Positions 16,067-25,585 of a stretch of DNA of 64,000 nucleotides are shown in pieces (the stretch's first letter is position 1; the number at the start of each line of letters is the position of its first letter). The stretch is from NCBI GenBank assembly GCA_036287865.1, contig CP126743.1:527846-591845 (forward strand), in the 5' to 3' direction. Origin of the DNA: Fluviibacter phosphoraccumulans EoVTN8. GTDB lineage: Bacteria > Pseudomonadota > Gammaproteobacteria > Burkholderiales > Rhodocyclaceae. The notes beneath the pieces were generated by a model. The model did not search any database and was not told the DNA's origin. It saw nothing but the letters and a program-made list of their open reading frames with translations. Position numbers and translations under genes: made by a program.

Positions 16067-16917
16067 GTCGTAAGCAACAGATCGTTAACAAGCTGGCTGA
16101 ACGTAAAAAAGCCTTCTCCATCCTTGGTGGCGTGGTCGCATTGTGTACGATTGCTTTTGGCCTCTACTGGGGTTTGTATGGCTCGCGGTATGTAAGTACC
16201 GATAACGCCTATACCGCAACAGAAATCGCCCAGGTAACGCCAGAGGTAGATGGCACCATTTTGGCAGTTCGCGTGGTCGATACCAACAGTGTCAAGGCCG
16301 GTGACATCCTTGCTGAAATTGATCCGCGTGATATGCAGGTCGCTTACGATAAAGCCAAAGCGAATTATGATCGCGCCAAAATTGATTTTGATCGTCGTAA
16401 GGCGCTGGCCGGCTCAGGTTCAGTGTCAGCCGATGAACTGACGCGTTCTGAAAACGATCTGGCACTGACGAGTGCAAACTTTCGCGAGGCTGCACTCAAT
16501 CTTGAGCGCACAACCATCAAATCACCGATCGACGGGGTAGTGGCCAAGCGCCAGGTGCAGTTAGGTCAACGAGTCCGAGCTGGCACCCCACTCATGGTAA
16601 TCGTGCCATTGCACAAGCTGCATGTGGATGCCAATTTCAAGGAAAGCGAGCTGGAGAAGATCCAGGTGGGTCAGCCGGTTCGTTTGACATCGGATCTCTA
16701 TGGCAGTCGTGTGGTCTATCACGGGGTTGTGGATGGATTCTCCGGTGGTACGGGGGCAGCCTTCGCGACGATTCCTGCACAGAACGCTACCGGTAACTGG
16801 ATCAAAGTGGTGCAGCGTGTACCGGTACGCATCAGCCTGAAGCCGGAAGAACTGGCCGAGAACCCGCTGAGTGTGGGTGTGTCGATGCGCGTCCGCGTGG
16901 ATACTCGAGCAGACTGA
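16063..16917 (+). CDS. emrA: EmrA/HlyD-family membrane fusion protein
   Basis: VSTDNAY, IKSPIDGVVAKRQVQLGQ, ANFKE, PAQNATGNWIKVVQRVPVRI; ATGA overlap with the OMF stop. Confidence 0.9.
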   Translation: MSRKQQIVNKLAERKKAFSILGGVVALCTIAFGLYWGLYGSRYVSTDNAYTATEIAQVTPEVDGTILAVRVVDTNSVKAGDILAEIDPRDMQVAYDKAKANYDRAKIDFDRRKALAGSGSVSADELTRSENDLALTSANFREAALNLERTTIKSPIDGVVAKRQVQLGQRVRAGTPLMVIVPLHKLHVDANFKESELEKIQVGQPVRLTSDLYGSRVVYHGVVDGFSGGTGAAFATIPAQNATGNWIKVVQRVPVRISLKPEELAENPLSVGVSMRVRVDTRAD

Positions 16918-18449
16918 TGTCTCTGGCCGAAAAGTCGCTGCAGCCACTCGCTGGCTGGCAGTTGTGGGCAGCGGCGATGTTCCTGTCCATGGCGAACCTG
17001 ATCGCCATTTTAGATATGACCATTGCCAATGTCTCCGTGCTCACCATTGCGGGTGGTCTGGCAGTGACACCCACCCAGGGAACCTGGGTGATCACATCTT
17101 ATGCCGTGGCCGAAGCGATTACCGTACCGCTGACTGGTTGGTTTACCCAGCGTTATGGATCGGTGCGCGTTTTTGTCATTGCTATGGCGGCTTTTGGCTT
17201 GTGTTCAGCATTAGCTGGAATGTCAACTTCGCTGGGCTTTCTGGTCTTTGCGCGGGTGCTGCAGGGCATGGCGGGCGGGCCGTTGATGCCCTTATCGCAA
17301 ACACTGCTGCTGCGTATTTTCCCGAAAGAGAAGGCCGGTGCCGCAACCGGTATCTGGGCTATGATCACGCTGGTCGGCCCGGTGCTCGGCCCAATTCTCG
17401 GTGGCTGGATTTGTGACAACTACACCTGGCCCTGGATCTTTCTGATCAATCTACCCATTGCCGCCGCGTGTGCCTGGATCTGCTGGAAGATTCTGCGACC
17501 CTATGAAACCCGCATTGTGCGTAATCCGATTAATGTGGTGGGTTTTATCCTACTCATTATCTGGGTGGGGGCGCTGCAGATCATGCTGGATGAAGGTAAG
17601 AATCTGGATTGGTTCTCATCCAACATCATCATTGCGCTCGCCGTAACGGCGGTGGTTGGATTTGCCGCCTTCATGATCTGGGAGCTCACTGCAGAACACC
17701 CGATTGTCGATCTGCGGGTATTCTGGCACCGGGGTTTCAGCGCCGCTGTACTCACCATCTCGCTCACCTTTGCCGGCTTCTTTGCGGCCAACGTGCTAAC
17801 GCCACTCTGGTTGCAGAGCTTTATGGCCTATACGGCGACAGATGCCGGTATGACCACGGCCTGGATCGGCATCATGGCGTTTCTGACAGCGCCGGCGGTT
17901 GCCGGTATGTCCATGAAAATGGATCCGCGCAAACTGGTATTTGTCGGTGTGCTCTGGTTGGGCATCATGACGCTGTATCGTACCGTGGCCACCACCGAGA
18001 TGACCTACTGGGATGTGGCCTGGCCTTTGATGCTGCTGGGTCTGGGCATGCCTTTTTTCTTTATTCCATCAACTGCTGCGGCGTTGGCCAGCGTCGATGA
18101 GGCCGAAACTAATTCAGCGGCTGGACTGATGAACTTTATGCGGACTTTAGCCGGAGCCGTCGCTACGTCAATGGTAACATCCTACTGGGAAGATGAAATC
18201 ACACGTAACCGCGCTGAACTCGTGGGGGTCATTGATCCGACTCAGATGACTTATGCCCAACTCATCGATCAGGGCATGACCACTGCACAGGCAATGGCAG
18301 TTCTGGAGCGTATGGTGACAGAACAGAGTGTGATGCTGGCAACCAACGAACTGATGCTTGTGGTATCGTTCATACTAATTGGCTCAGCCTTTGTAATATG
18401 GCTGGTGCCTAAGCCCACGCGGACGATTGATCCATCGATTTCGCATTAG
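16917..18449 (+). CDS. emrB: EmrB/DHA2-family MFS efflux transporter
   Basis: LDMTIANV, QGTWVITSYAVAEAI, GPVLGPILGGW, LDEGKNLDWFSS; TGATG overlap with emrA. Confidence 0.9.
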   Translation: MSLAEKSLQPLAGWQLWAAAMFLSMANLIAILDMTIANVSVLTIAGGLAVTPTQGTWVITSYAVAEAITVPLTGWFTQRYGSVRVFVIAMAAFGLCSALAGMSTSLGFLVFARVLQGMAGGPLMPLSQTLLLRIFPKEKAGAATGIWAMITLVGPVLGPILGGWICDNYTWPWIFLINLPIAAACAWICWKILRPYETRIVRNPINVVGFILLIIWVGALQIMLDEGKNLDWFSSNIIIALAVTAVVGFAAFMIWELTAEHPIVDLRVFWHRGFSAAVLTISLTFAGFFAANVLTPLWLQSFMAYTATDAGMTTAWIGIMAFLTAPAVAGMSMKMDPRKLVFVGVLWLGIMTLYRTVATTEMTYWDVAWPLMLLGLGMPFFFIPSTAAALASVDEAETNSAAGLMNFMRTLAGAVATSMVTSYWEDEITRNRAELVGVIDPTQMTYAQLIDQGMTTAQAMAVLERMVTEQSVMLATNELMLVVSFILIGSAFVIWLVPKPTRTIDPSISH

Positions 18450-18450
18450 A

Positions 18451-19367
18451 TTAAAACTTTGTTTCAGGAGTCATGGTCACGGACACCTCTAATGAGTGTT
18501 GACCACCACCGACAACAACACCTCTCAGTGGAATGACATCCGCGTAGTCTCTTCCTATCGCTAAGGTGACAAATTCATCAGTTATGGCTTTGCCGTTAGT
18601 TGGATCTAGATCTAGCCAACCATGGCCAGGACACCACGCCTCCACCCAGGCATATGTGGCGTCTGCGCCAATCAGCCGTGGCTTCCCAGGTGCTGGGTGC
18701 GTCATGATATATCCACTGACATAGCGTGCCGGAATACCAATACTGCGTAAAGCGGCAATCATCAGTTGCGCAAAATCCTAGCACACACCACGTTTGTTTT
18801 TAAAGGCTTCAGGCAGAGGTGTGCCGACAGTCGTTGCTGTAGCGTCAAAGACAAACTCATTTTGCATCGCTTGTGTCATGAACAGTAATTGCTCATGCAA
18901 TGGTTTACCTTCGCCTAAGTGTTTCAAAGCCCACGCTTTTGATTCAGGTAATGAAGGAATCATGGGCGAATCGACTAGATAAGATGCGCAAGCCAGTGCG
19001 AATTCGGTTCCCTGGATGTCGGCGGGCTCGAAACTGCGTCGTGCCAGGCTTTTGCCATGCCAGAGGGGGCTGCTTGCTGGCCATGCTGGGCTATCAACAG
19101 TCACATCTATTCGCGACTGAACATTGAGTAATCGATGTGGCAATGTAATGGCAAAGTCACGATAGCTATTGCCAAAAAAATCAACGCCCTGGGTTGATTC
19201 TGCCAAAGGCTGGTTGATGGTAATTGTGGCGTTGTGGACGGACTGGTGATTAAGGTTACTCGGTAGCAGATGTGCACGATGGCGTGCATTCGTTACCGAA
19301 TAGGCGTAGCATACTCGGTTTCATGTACAACACGATATCGTTTGCGGGAGTTTAAGTTATTAGCCAT
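18451..19367 (-). pseudogene. Transglutaminase-family protein, disrupted
   Basis: N-terminal RYRVVHETEY, catalytic GVC*DFA (TAG at 18778-18780 where Gln is expected), ARYVSGY, DPTN. A 1-nt frameshift near 19305. Confidence 0.88.
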
Positions 19368-19375
19368 GAGTGACT

Positions 19376-21171
19376 TTAAACAGAAACAGCTGGTTCGCTG
19401 ACGTTAAAGTAACGTGTGGCAAGCAAATCATTGAGAGCGGAAGTTTCCTGAGACAGGATTGAGAAAGTAGCACGCAATTCGGTTAAATCAGGAAGGCCTC
19501 CGATAGCCCATTCTGTCAGCTGAATGCCACCTTGCTCTAATCCTACAATGGCACTACCCGCATCAGACCCAAGACGCTGCAATGCCTGCTGCACGCCTTC
19601 GATTTGGAACCTTAAGGAGCGCGGATTGGTTGCATCGAGCAAAACGATACGGCGCATAGCACGCCAACTGGCAAGACCGGTAGTCTGGCTGTGAAATGAA
19701 CCAGAAGAATCGGTTAAATCCAGAAGCCAATCGAGCGGCTGGTTCATTTCGTTGCTAGCAGCGACTGACGCATCACCTTACAGTAGTTGTGCAACGACTA
19801 TATCCAGTGCTTTTGACAGCAACTGTAATCGTTCTATACGCCGACCTAAGGATAAAAAGCGCCAACCGGCATCCCGGTTCATAGTGTCAAGGGAAAATCC
19901 GGACAAAGTTGTTATGCCTGAAACCGCTCGATCTAGCCAGACCAGAGTTGGACCCAGCGTTAATTCAGCCGACATCGCCGGATCATTGACGAGACGATTC
20001 ATCGCACGCCAGTGGTCATGGGAAATTCTGTCACGTAATGAAAATCCAACGCGCCCGAGTTCATGCAATGTTTGAGATAGTCCCTGAGGGTGTGACGGAT
20101 TTGCTGCGCAACTGATGAGAGATTCGACAGAAATCTGGGCGGGATCTTTGCAACCAGAGGGGAGCGTGATGAGTCCGTATGACCAAGCGAGCTGATGCAA
20201 TGCGGTTAGGCTATTGCGACGTCCATGGTGTAGCCGTTCACTTAAAGCAAGCCGCAAAAGGCGTGCAATACCCTCAGCCCGTTCGGTGTAGCGGCCCATC
20301 CAGAATAGATTTTCTGCAACGCGCGATGGTACGCCGGTATAAATAACAGGGGCGGCAACATCCGTTTCACGCTCATTTAATACCAGTTCGTCGCTAATAC
20401 CCGACTGTAAGACCCAGGTGTCTTTTGATGCGCTGCCTCGCTGCATGGAGACAATTCGAGCATCACGTTGAGATTCGACCCGGGTTAGCCCTCCGGGCAT
20501 GATTTCATACCCCTGTTCGGTAGCAACTGCGTAAGCACGCAAACCTACTGAACGTGCATCGATTTGTAATGCACCCGGACGTCGATTAAGAACGGGGGCT
20601 TGTGAAAGTCGGACCCATTCTTGAGCGACATACTTATCCGGACGACTCGATCTGTTCGAGTAGCGCATCACGCGCTTCTATACTAAGGTCTTGTCCGAAG
20701 ATTGGTGCAAAATCACCAATGCCCTGTACTGATTTAATGACCAGATCTTCCAGGTTGGACCGGACATAATTCATGGCAGCAGCTTCACCACACCACCAGG
20801 TGCCTACTGATGGGAGTGCAAGTTCTTCACCTAGCAGAAATCGGCAAGCAGCGGGCAAAAAGCCCTGTAGTGCAGCCGACTCAACGACACCACTACCCAA
20901 TGCATTTGCTAACAATACGGTGCCGCGTCGAGCGGCAATCTGTAAGGCCAGCAACACCTAAGGCAGAATCGCTTCGCAGCTCGAGTGGGTCGCAATAAGC
21001 ATCATCCTGCCGGCGAAGAATGGCATGAACGCGCTGAAGACCGCTAATGGTTCTAAGCCAGATAAAACCATCCCGCACGGTCAGATCGCCACCCTCAACC
21101 AGTGGGAAACCCAGGTACCGTGCCAATAGTCTATGTTCGTAGTAAGTCTCGTTGAGGGGTCCCGGTGTGAG
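19376..21171 (-). pseudogene. Circularly permuted type 2 ATP-grasp / alpha-E fusion, 5'-truncated and disrupted
   Basis: LTPGPLNETYYEH, DPLELRSDS, ANALGSG, MPGGLTRV, SKDTWV, LFWMGRYTERAE, GRRIERL. Frameshifts near 20938 and 20640, TAA at 19778-19780, 5' end cut at the IS end. Confidence 0.88.
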
Positions 21172-21935
21172 CGCTGTATTCAGATTGTTGGTTGATGAAT
21201 TATTATATCATTTTTACCTAAATGCTAAGTGAGAGCGAAGATGGATAGCCAGTCCTTTCAAAAACTTGTGAACGAACTGGAAGGTCTGACACCAACGCAG
21301 CGCGAAGCGCTGATGACCCGAGTGAGAACGCTCGCGGATCACGACGATAGTCAGCGACTAATCGATGAGCGACTTGGTGGTCAGATTCATTGCCCTCACT
21401 GTGCAAATGATGCCATTGTGAAATTTGGTAAGCTGCGGGGGCAGCAACGCTAAAAAGAGATCCCCCGTTCACCAAAAAAGCGGGGCGGTCCAGATAAGGA
21501 CATGCCAGCAACAAAGAGGGTGCCTGTGCTGGTTGCAATGCAACGTGGCAGTCGCTTAACCCATGACTGTGTGTTGGATTCCGTCAATGCCTTTGCTTTG
21601 ACGGCGGCATTACGTCCCGCATTGAGCAAAGATGCGGTACTCAGCAGCGATGGCAACCCTGGCTATGGTGTCGCCGCAAGAACTCTTGGTATTGAGTCTG
21701 GCTAGTTATCATGGCCCAGGTGGAACGGAATCTTGGCATGTACAGAACGTCAACGCCTATGACAGCCGCCTAAGAACCTGGATGGTGCGATTCAAAGGCG
21801 TCGCCACCAAGTATCTGCACAATTACCTCGGGTGGCGTCGATTCATTGATCGCTTTCGCGACAATGTCACTGCACAGCAGTTCCTGTTTCATGCGCTACG
21901 AACTGAGTACGTCAACTTATAATCTGAATACAGCG
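21172..21935. mobile_element. IS1595-family element remnant with terminal inverted repeats, internally deleted
   Basis: Left CGCTGTATTCAGATTGTTGGTTGA (21172-21195) vs reverse complement of 21912-21935, CGCTGTATTCAGATTATAAGTTGA: 21/24 identical. Encloses transposase fragments. Confidence 0.85.
21229..21922 (+). pseudogene. IS1595-family transposase fragments
   Basis: Zn-ribbon [51 protein letters not shown] at 21451, frameshift near 21703, central portion appears missing. Confidence 0.85.
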
Positions 21936-22002
21936 TCTTTACCGGTGCGGACTTCTCGCTGAACGGTGGTATCCATATGTAATCGGTTTTACCGGTTACA
22001 GT

Positions 22003-22031
22003 AAAACGGCTCGCTCAGGCGGGCCGTTTTT
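22003..22031. terminator. Bidirectional-type intrinsic terminator ending the rsx-nth-DUF1841 transcript
   Basis: AAAACGGCTCGC-TCAG-GCGGGCCGTTTTT. Confidence 0.75.
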
Positions 22032-22032
22032 A

Positions 22033-22458
22033 TTAAAGCTTCCGTAGGCGCTCCAGATAGGCTTCGGTATCAAAGATACCCCCCGGCTGCTGCGCATGCC
22101 ACACGGTTTCACCCAGACACTCCAGCAGACGATGCAGCGCTTCATGGGCATTACCGAGTTTTGTGGCCTGTTGTTCGAAGATGGTTCGAACACCGGGGGG
22201 AGAATCCACCGAAATCTGTTCAAATAACGCCATATGAAGGGACAAGTGCAGGATGGGGTTCATGGTCTCTTGTTCCGGCGTCCACTCACCTGCGATAGCG
22301 GCTTCCGGGTTATCAAGCAGCGCATGATATTCCGGATGCATGGCAATTACATCGGCCGCGATGATTTCAGCACCATCCAGCGGCAGGTTCTCACGCTGCT
22401 TACGGCGTGATTCGCAGAAGAATTGGCGTACCTGGTCTTTGGTTGGGGTGAAGATCAT
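22033..22458 (-). CDS. DUF1841-family protein
   Basis: DQVRQFF, MHPEYH, ETMNPILHLSLH, EQISVD, LLECLGETVW; nth-adjacent as in other betaproteobacteria. Confidence 0.75.
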   Translation of the reverse strand: MIFTPTKDQVRQFFCESRRKQRENLPLDGAEIIAADVIAMHPEYHALLDNPEAAIAGEWTPEQETMNPILHLSLHMALFEQISVDSPPGVRTIFEQQATKLGNAHEALHRLLECLGETVWHAQQPGGIFDTEAYLERLRKL

Positions 22459-22467
22459 GAGGGTGCG

Positions 22468-23127
22468 TTATTGATTAAGGTTGATCAGTTTACGTGCTGC
22501 TTTGGCCTCGGGTGAACGGCATAGGTCGATCACCGGGCATATTTCGCATTCAGGTTTGCGGGCTTTACAAATATAGCGGCCCAGAAGAATGAGCCAGTGG
22601 TGCGCATCCAGCAAAAATTCCTTAGGCACATTTTTGAGTAGCTTTTGTTCGACGACCAGCGGCGTTTTACCCGGTGCCAGACCGGTACGGTTAGAGACAC
22701 GGAAGATATGGGTGTCTACGGCCATGGTCGGGTGGCCGAATGCAGTGTTCAACACCACGTTGGCAGTTTTGCGGCCAACGCCGGGCAAGGCCTCGAGCGC
22801 AGCGCGATCTTCCGGCACTTCGCCACCATAAAGCTCACAGAGGATTTTGCAGGTAGCGATCACGTTTTTAGCTTTGGTCGGATACAAACCAATTGTTTTA
22901 ACGTGGGGTACCAGGCCGGCTACTTCGAGTGCGCCCATACTGGCTGCATCCGGTGCATCGATAAAGAGCTGGCGTGTAGCCAGGTTCACGCCTTTGTCGG
23001 TGGCTTGCGCCGACAGAATCACGGCAATCAGTAACTGGAAAGTCGAGCCATATTCAAGCTCGGTGGTGGGGTGCGGGTTAGCAGCCTGTAGCCGTCGAAA
23101 GAATTCGACCCGCTGTTCTTTGTTCAT
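22468..23127 (-). CDS. nth: Endonuclease III
   Basis: LIAVILSAQATD, LPGVGRKTANVV, AVDTH, [4Fe-4S] motif C-KARKPEC-EIC-PVIDLC. Confidence 0.96.
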   Translation of the reverse strand: MNKEQRVEFFRRLQAANPHPTTELEYGSTFQLLIAVILSAQATDKGVNLATRQLFIDAPDAASMGALEVAGLVPHVKTIGLYPTKAKNVIATCKILCELYGGEVPEDRAALEALPGVGRKTANVVLNTAFGHPTMAVDTHIFRVSNRTGLAPGKTPLVVEQKLLKNVPKEFLLDAHHWLILLGRYICKARKPECEICPVIDLCRSPEAKAARKLINLNQ

Positions 23128-23148
23128 GCAAAATGGCTTTGATCAGGC

Positions 23149-23838
23149 TTAGTGACAACCGCCAGCTACCGGTTGCGGTACTGGCTGGTGATTTCGGGCA
23201 GCCTGTCGGGCCATATACCAGTTGCGCCAGGCAACCAGACAACCCAGCACGGTAAACGCGCCCGGTGGCAGAATTGCCCACAATAAGCCGGGGTAGTTTT
23301 CCGGCAGAATCTGGATCGGCTGCAAAGAAGGAATCACCAGATCAATGCCGCCCAGAATGGCGCCGGTACCAATGAATTCACGAATAGCGCCGAGTAGCGA
23401 TAGCGTCCAGACCATGCCTACGCCCATCATGGCGCCATCCCAGGCCGAGGAGATCGGATTATGTTTAGCAGCAAAAGCCTCAATGCGCGCAAGCACCAGA
23501 CAGTTGGTAATGATTAGCGGAATAAAGATGCCGAGCACCAGATACATTTCGTGCAGATAGGCATTCATCATCAGATCAATCAGCGTCACCATGGCCGCAG
23601 CGATCAGAATGAAGACCGGAATACGGATTTCGTACGGAATGTAATTGCGTAGCAGGGCAACGATAAAGTTACCAGAAGCCATAACCAGCAGGGTAGCGAA
23701 AGAGATCATGGCGCCATTGACCATGGTGGTGGTAATGGCGAGAACCGGGCACATGCCCAGAATCTGGACGAGAGTGCTGTTCTGTTTCCAGATGCCGTTG
23801 GCAGTAACGTCACGAAGTTCTTTGAAGTCGGGCAGCAT
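23149..23838 (-). CDS. rsxE: Rnf/Rsx complex subunit E
   Basis: LGMCPVLAIT, EIRIPVFILI, IPLIITNC, ILPPGAF. Confidence 0.94.
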   Translation of the reverse strand: MLPDFKELRDVTANGIWKQNSTLVQILGMCPVLAITTTMVNGAMISFATLLVMASGNFIVALLRNYIPYEIRIPVFILIAAAMVTLIDLMMNAYLHEMYLVLGIFIPLIITNCLVLARIEAFAAKHNPISSAWDGAMMGVGMVWTLSLLGAIREFIGTGAILGGIDLVIPSLQPIQILPENYPGLLWAILPPGAFTVLGCLVAWRNWYMARQAARNHQPVPQPVAGGCH

Positions 23839-23850
23839 GTTGTTCTCTGA

Positions 23851-24516
23851 TTAGTTCGACGGATTGGAGTTCGTTTTGGCAAACAGCATCGTCAGGTTTG
23901 CCTGCGCAAATTGCATGGCCTTGTGGACTGCCTTCACCACGGCGCGCGGTGTTACCGTGGCACCTGCGACAGAATCAAGTTGACCACCATCTTTCTTAAC
24001 GTGCCACCGCACATCAGATAGTGCGGGCAGGTTATCAAATTGGTTAATCCAGGGATTGGCTTTATTGCGATCCTTTTTAGGATCAATGTAGTCGCCCAGG
24101 CCAGGGGTTTCTTTGTGTTCGGTCACGCGGACACTGAGTAAATTACCTTTGGCATCCAGGCCAATCAGCATTTTGATATCCCCGCTGTAGCCGTCTGGGG
24201 CAATCGCTTCAAGGATTAGACCGGCCGGCTTACCATTAAGGCGGGCGCGATAGATCTGTGTAGGAAAGCGTTGGCCTAGGGCAGGCTCAGGCGGTAGTTT
24301 GAGGGTGTCAGTCAGCGGGTCGTTGTTATACAGATCGCGCGGTAGGATCTGATCAAAAAATACCAGACGTTCTTCTTTTGCTGAGGCTTCGATCGTAGGT
24401 TTGGTAAACAGATAGGACCAGGCCAGCAATGCTGTAAAGAAAACGACAAAAGCGAGTAGGGTCAGCGATGTTTCAACCGAAACGCGGAAAATCCGTTTTT
24501 CTTCGGGCGTGCTCAT
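23851..24516 (-). CDS. rsxG: Rnf/Rsx complex subunit G
   Basis: APDGYSGDI, VTEHKETPGLGD, FMN site DSVAGATVT. Confidence 0.93.
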   Translation of the reverse strand: MSTPEEKRIFRVSVETSLTLLAFVVFFTALLAWSYLFTKPTIEASAKEERLVFFDQILPRDLYNNDPLTDTLKLPPEPALGQRFPTQIYRARLNGKPAGLILEAIAPDGYSGDIKMLIGLDAKGNLLSVRVTEHKETPGLGDYIDPKKDRNKANPWINQFDNLPALSDVRWHVKKDGGQLDSVAGATVTPRAVVKAVHKAMQFAQANLTMLFAKTNSNPSN

Positions 24517-25571
24517 GAGACGTCCTTTTTGGATTTCTCGCCAAAGATGGCTGGTTGCGTGTACATATCAATCAGCGGAACACAGATATTCATGAGGAGC
24601 ACACCGAAGGCGATACCATCCGGGAAAGTGCCGAACACGCGGATCAGGTAGGCGATGATGCCGGCACCCGCTGCAAAAATCAGTTTGCCGCGTGGCGTGG
24701 TTGCGCCGGATACCGGATCGGTAGCAATGAAAAATGCGCCAAGCAGGGTAGCTCCACCAAAGATATGGAAGACGGGACTGGCGAAGTGCTTGGGATCAAT
24801 TCCCCAGAAGAGGAGTGCCAGACCACCTATCGCGGTAATAAAAGCCACCGGAATATGCCAGGTGATAATGCGTTGTTGCCAAAGCCACAGACCACCAATG
24901 AGCCAGGCCAGCGTCACACATTCCCATCCCTGGCCGGCGCCGATACCATAGATTTTCTGGTTCTCAGCAATGCTCTGCACGGTGATCGTGTCATTGCTCA
25001 TGGAAAGGCGCAAGGTTGTCTTTAGGTGGTCTAACGGTGTAGCGCCCGCCCAGGCATCAACATTTGGTAGATGATTGAAGATGGTGCTGATCTGATCCAG
25101 AGCAGATAAGCCGCCATTAGCTAAAGTAACCGGCCACTGCGACATCACGGCAGGGAAGGAGACGATGCAGATGGCGTAAGCCACCATAGCTGGGTTGAAC
25201 GGATTCTGACCCAGACCGCCGTAGAGTTGCTTCACAACGATGATGGTAAAGAGGGTGCCCACGACTACTAGCCACCAGGGGCCGACCGGAGGAAACGATA
25301 GGGCAATCAGCCAGGCCGTTACAACAGCCGATAGATCGGCCAACGCCGGGGCAACTGGCTTGTGACGAATCTTTAGAAAGGCGGCTTCTGCCACCAGCGC
25401 CGTTGTTGTCGCCAGAAGCAGTTGCACTATGATGCCAACACCAAAGAGCGCCACGTAAATGATGATCCCCGGAATGAGGGCAATCAGTACCTTGAGCATG
25501 ATGCGGCTAACGCTCACTGGGGAGACCAGGTAAGGCGATTGCGTAAGAACGTTCGGTGTCTTGAAGGGCAC
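24513..25571 (-). CDS. rsxD: Rnf/Rsx complex subunit D
   Basis: KQLYGGLGQNPFNPA, GATPLD, FFIATDPVS, FGTFPDG. Confidence 0.93.
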   Translation of the reverse strand: MPFKTPNVLTQSPYLVSPVSVSRIMLKVLIALIPGIIIYVALFGVGIIVQLLLATTTALVAEAAFLKIRHKPVAPALADLSAVVTAWLIALSFPPVGPWWLVVVGTLFTIIVVKQLYGGLGQNPFNPAMVAYAICIVSFPAVMSQWPVTLANGGLSALDQISTIFNHLPNVDAWAGATPLDHLKTTLRLSMSNDTITVQSIAENQKIYGIGAGQGWECVTLAWLIGGLWLWQQRIITWHIPVAFITAIGGLALLFWGIDPKHFASPVFHIFGGATLLGAFFIATDPVSGATTPRGKLIFAAGAGIIAYLIRVFGTFPDGIAFGVLLMNICVPLIDMYTQPAIFGEKSKKDVS

Positions 25572-25585
25572 GGCGGGTTTCCGGG

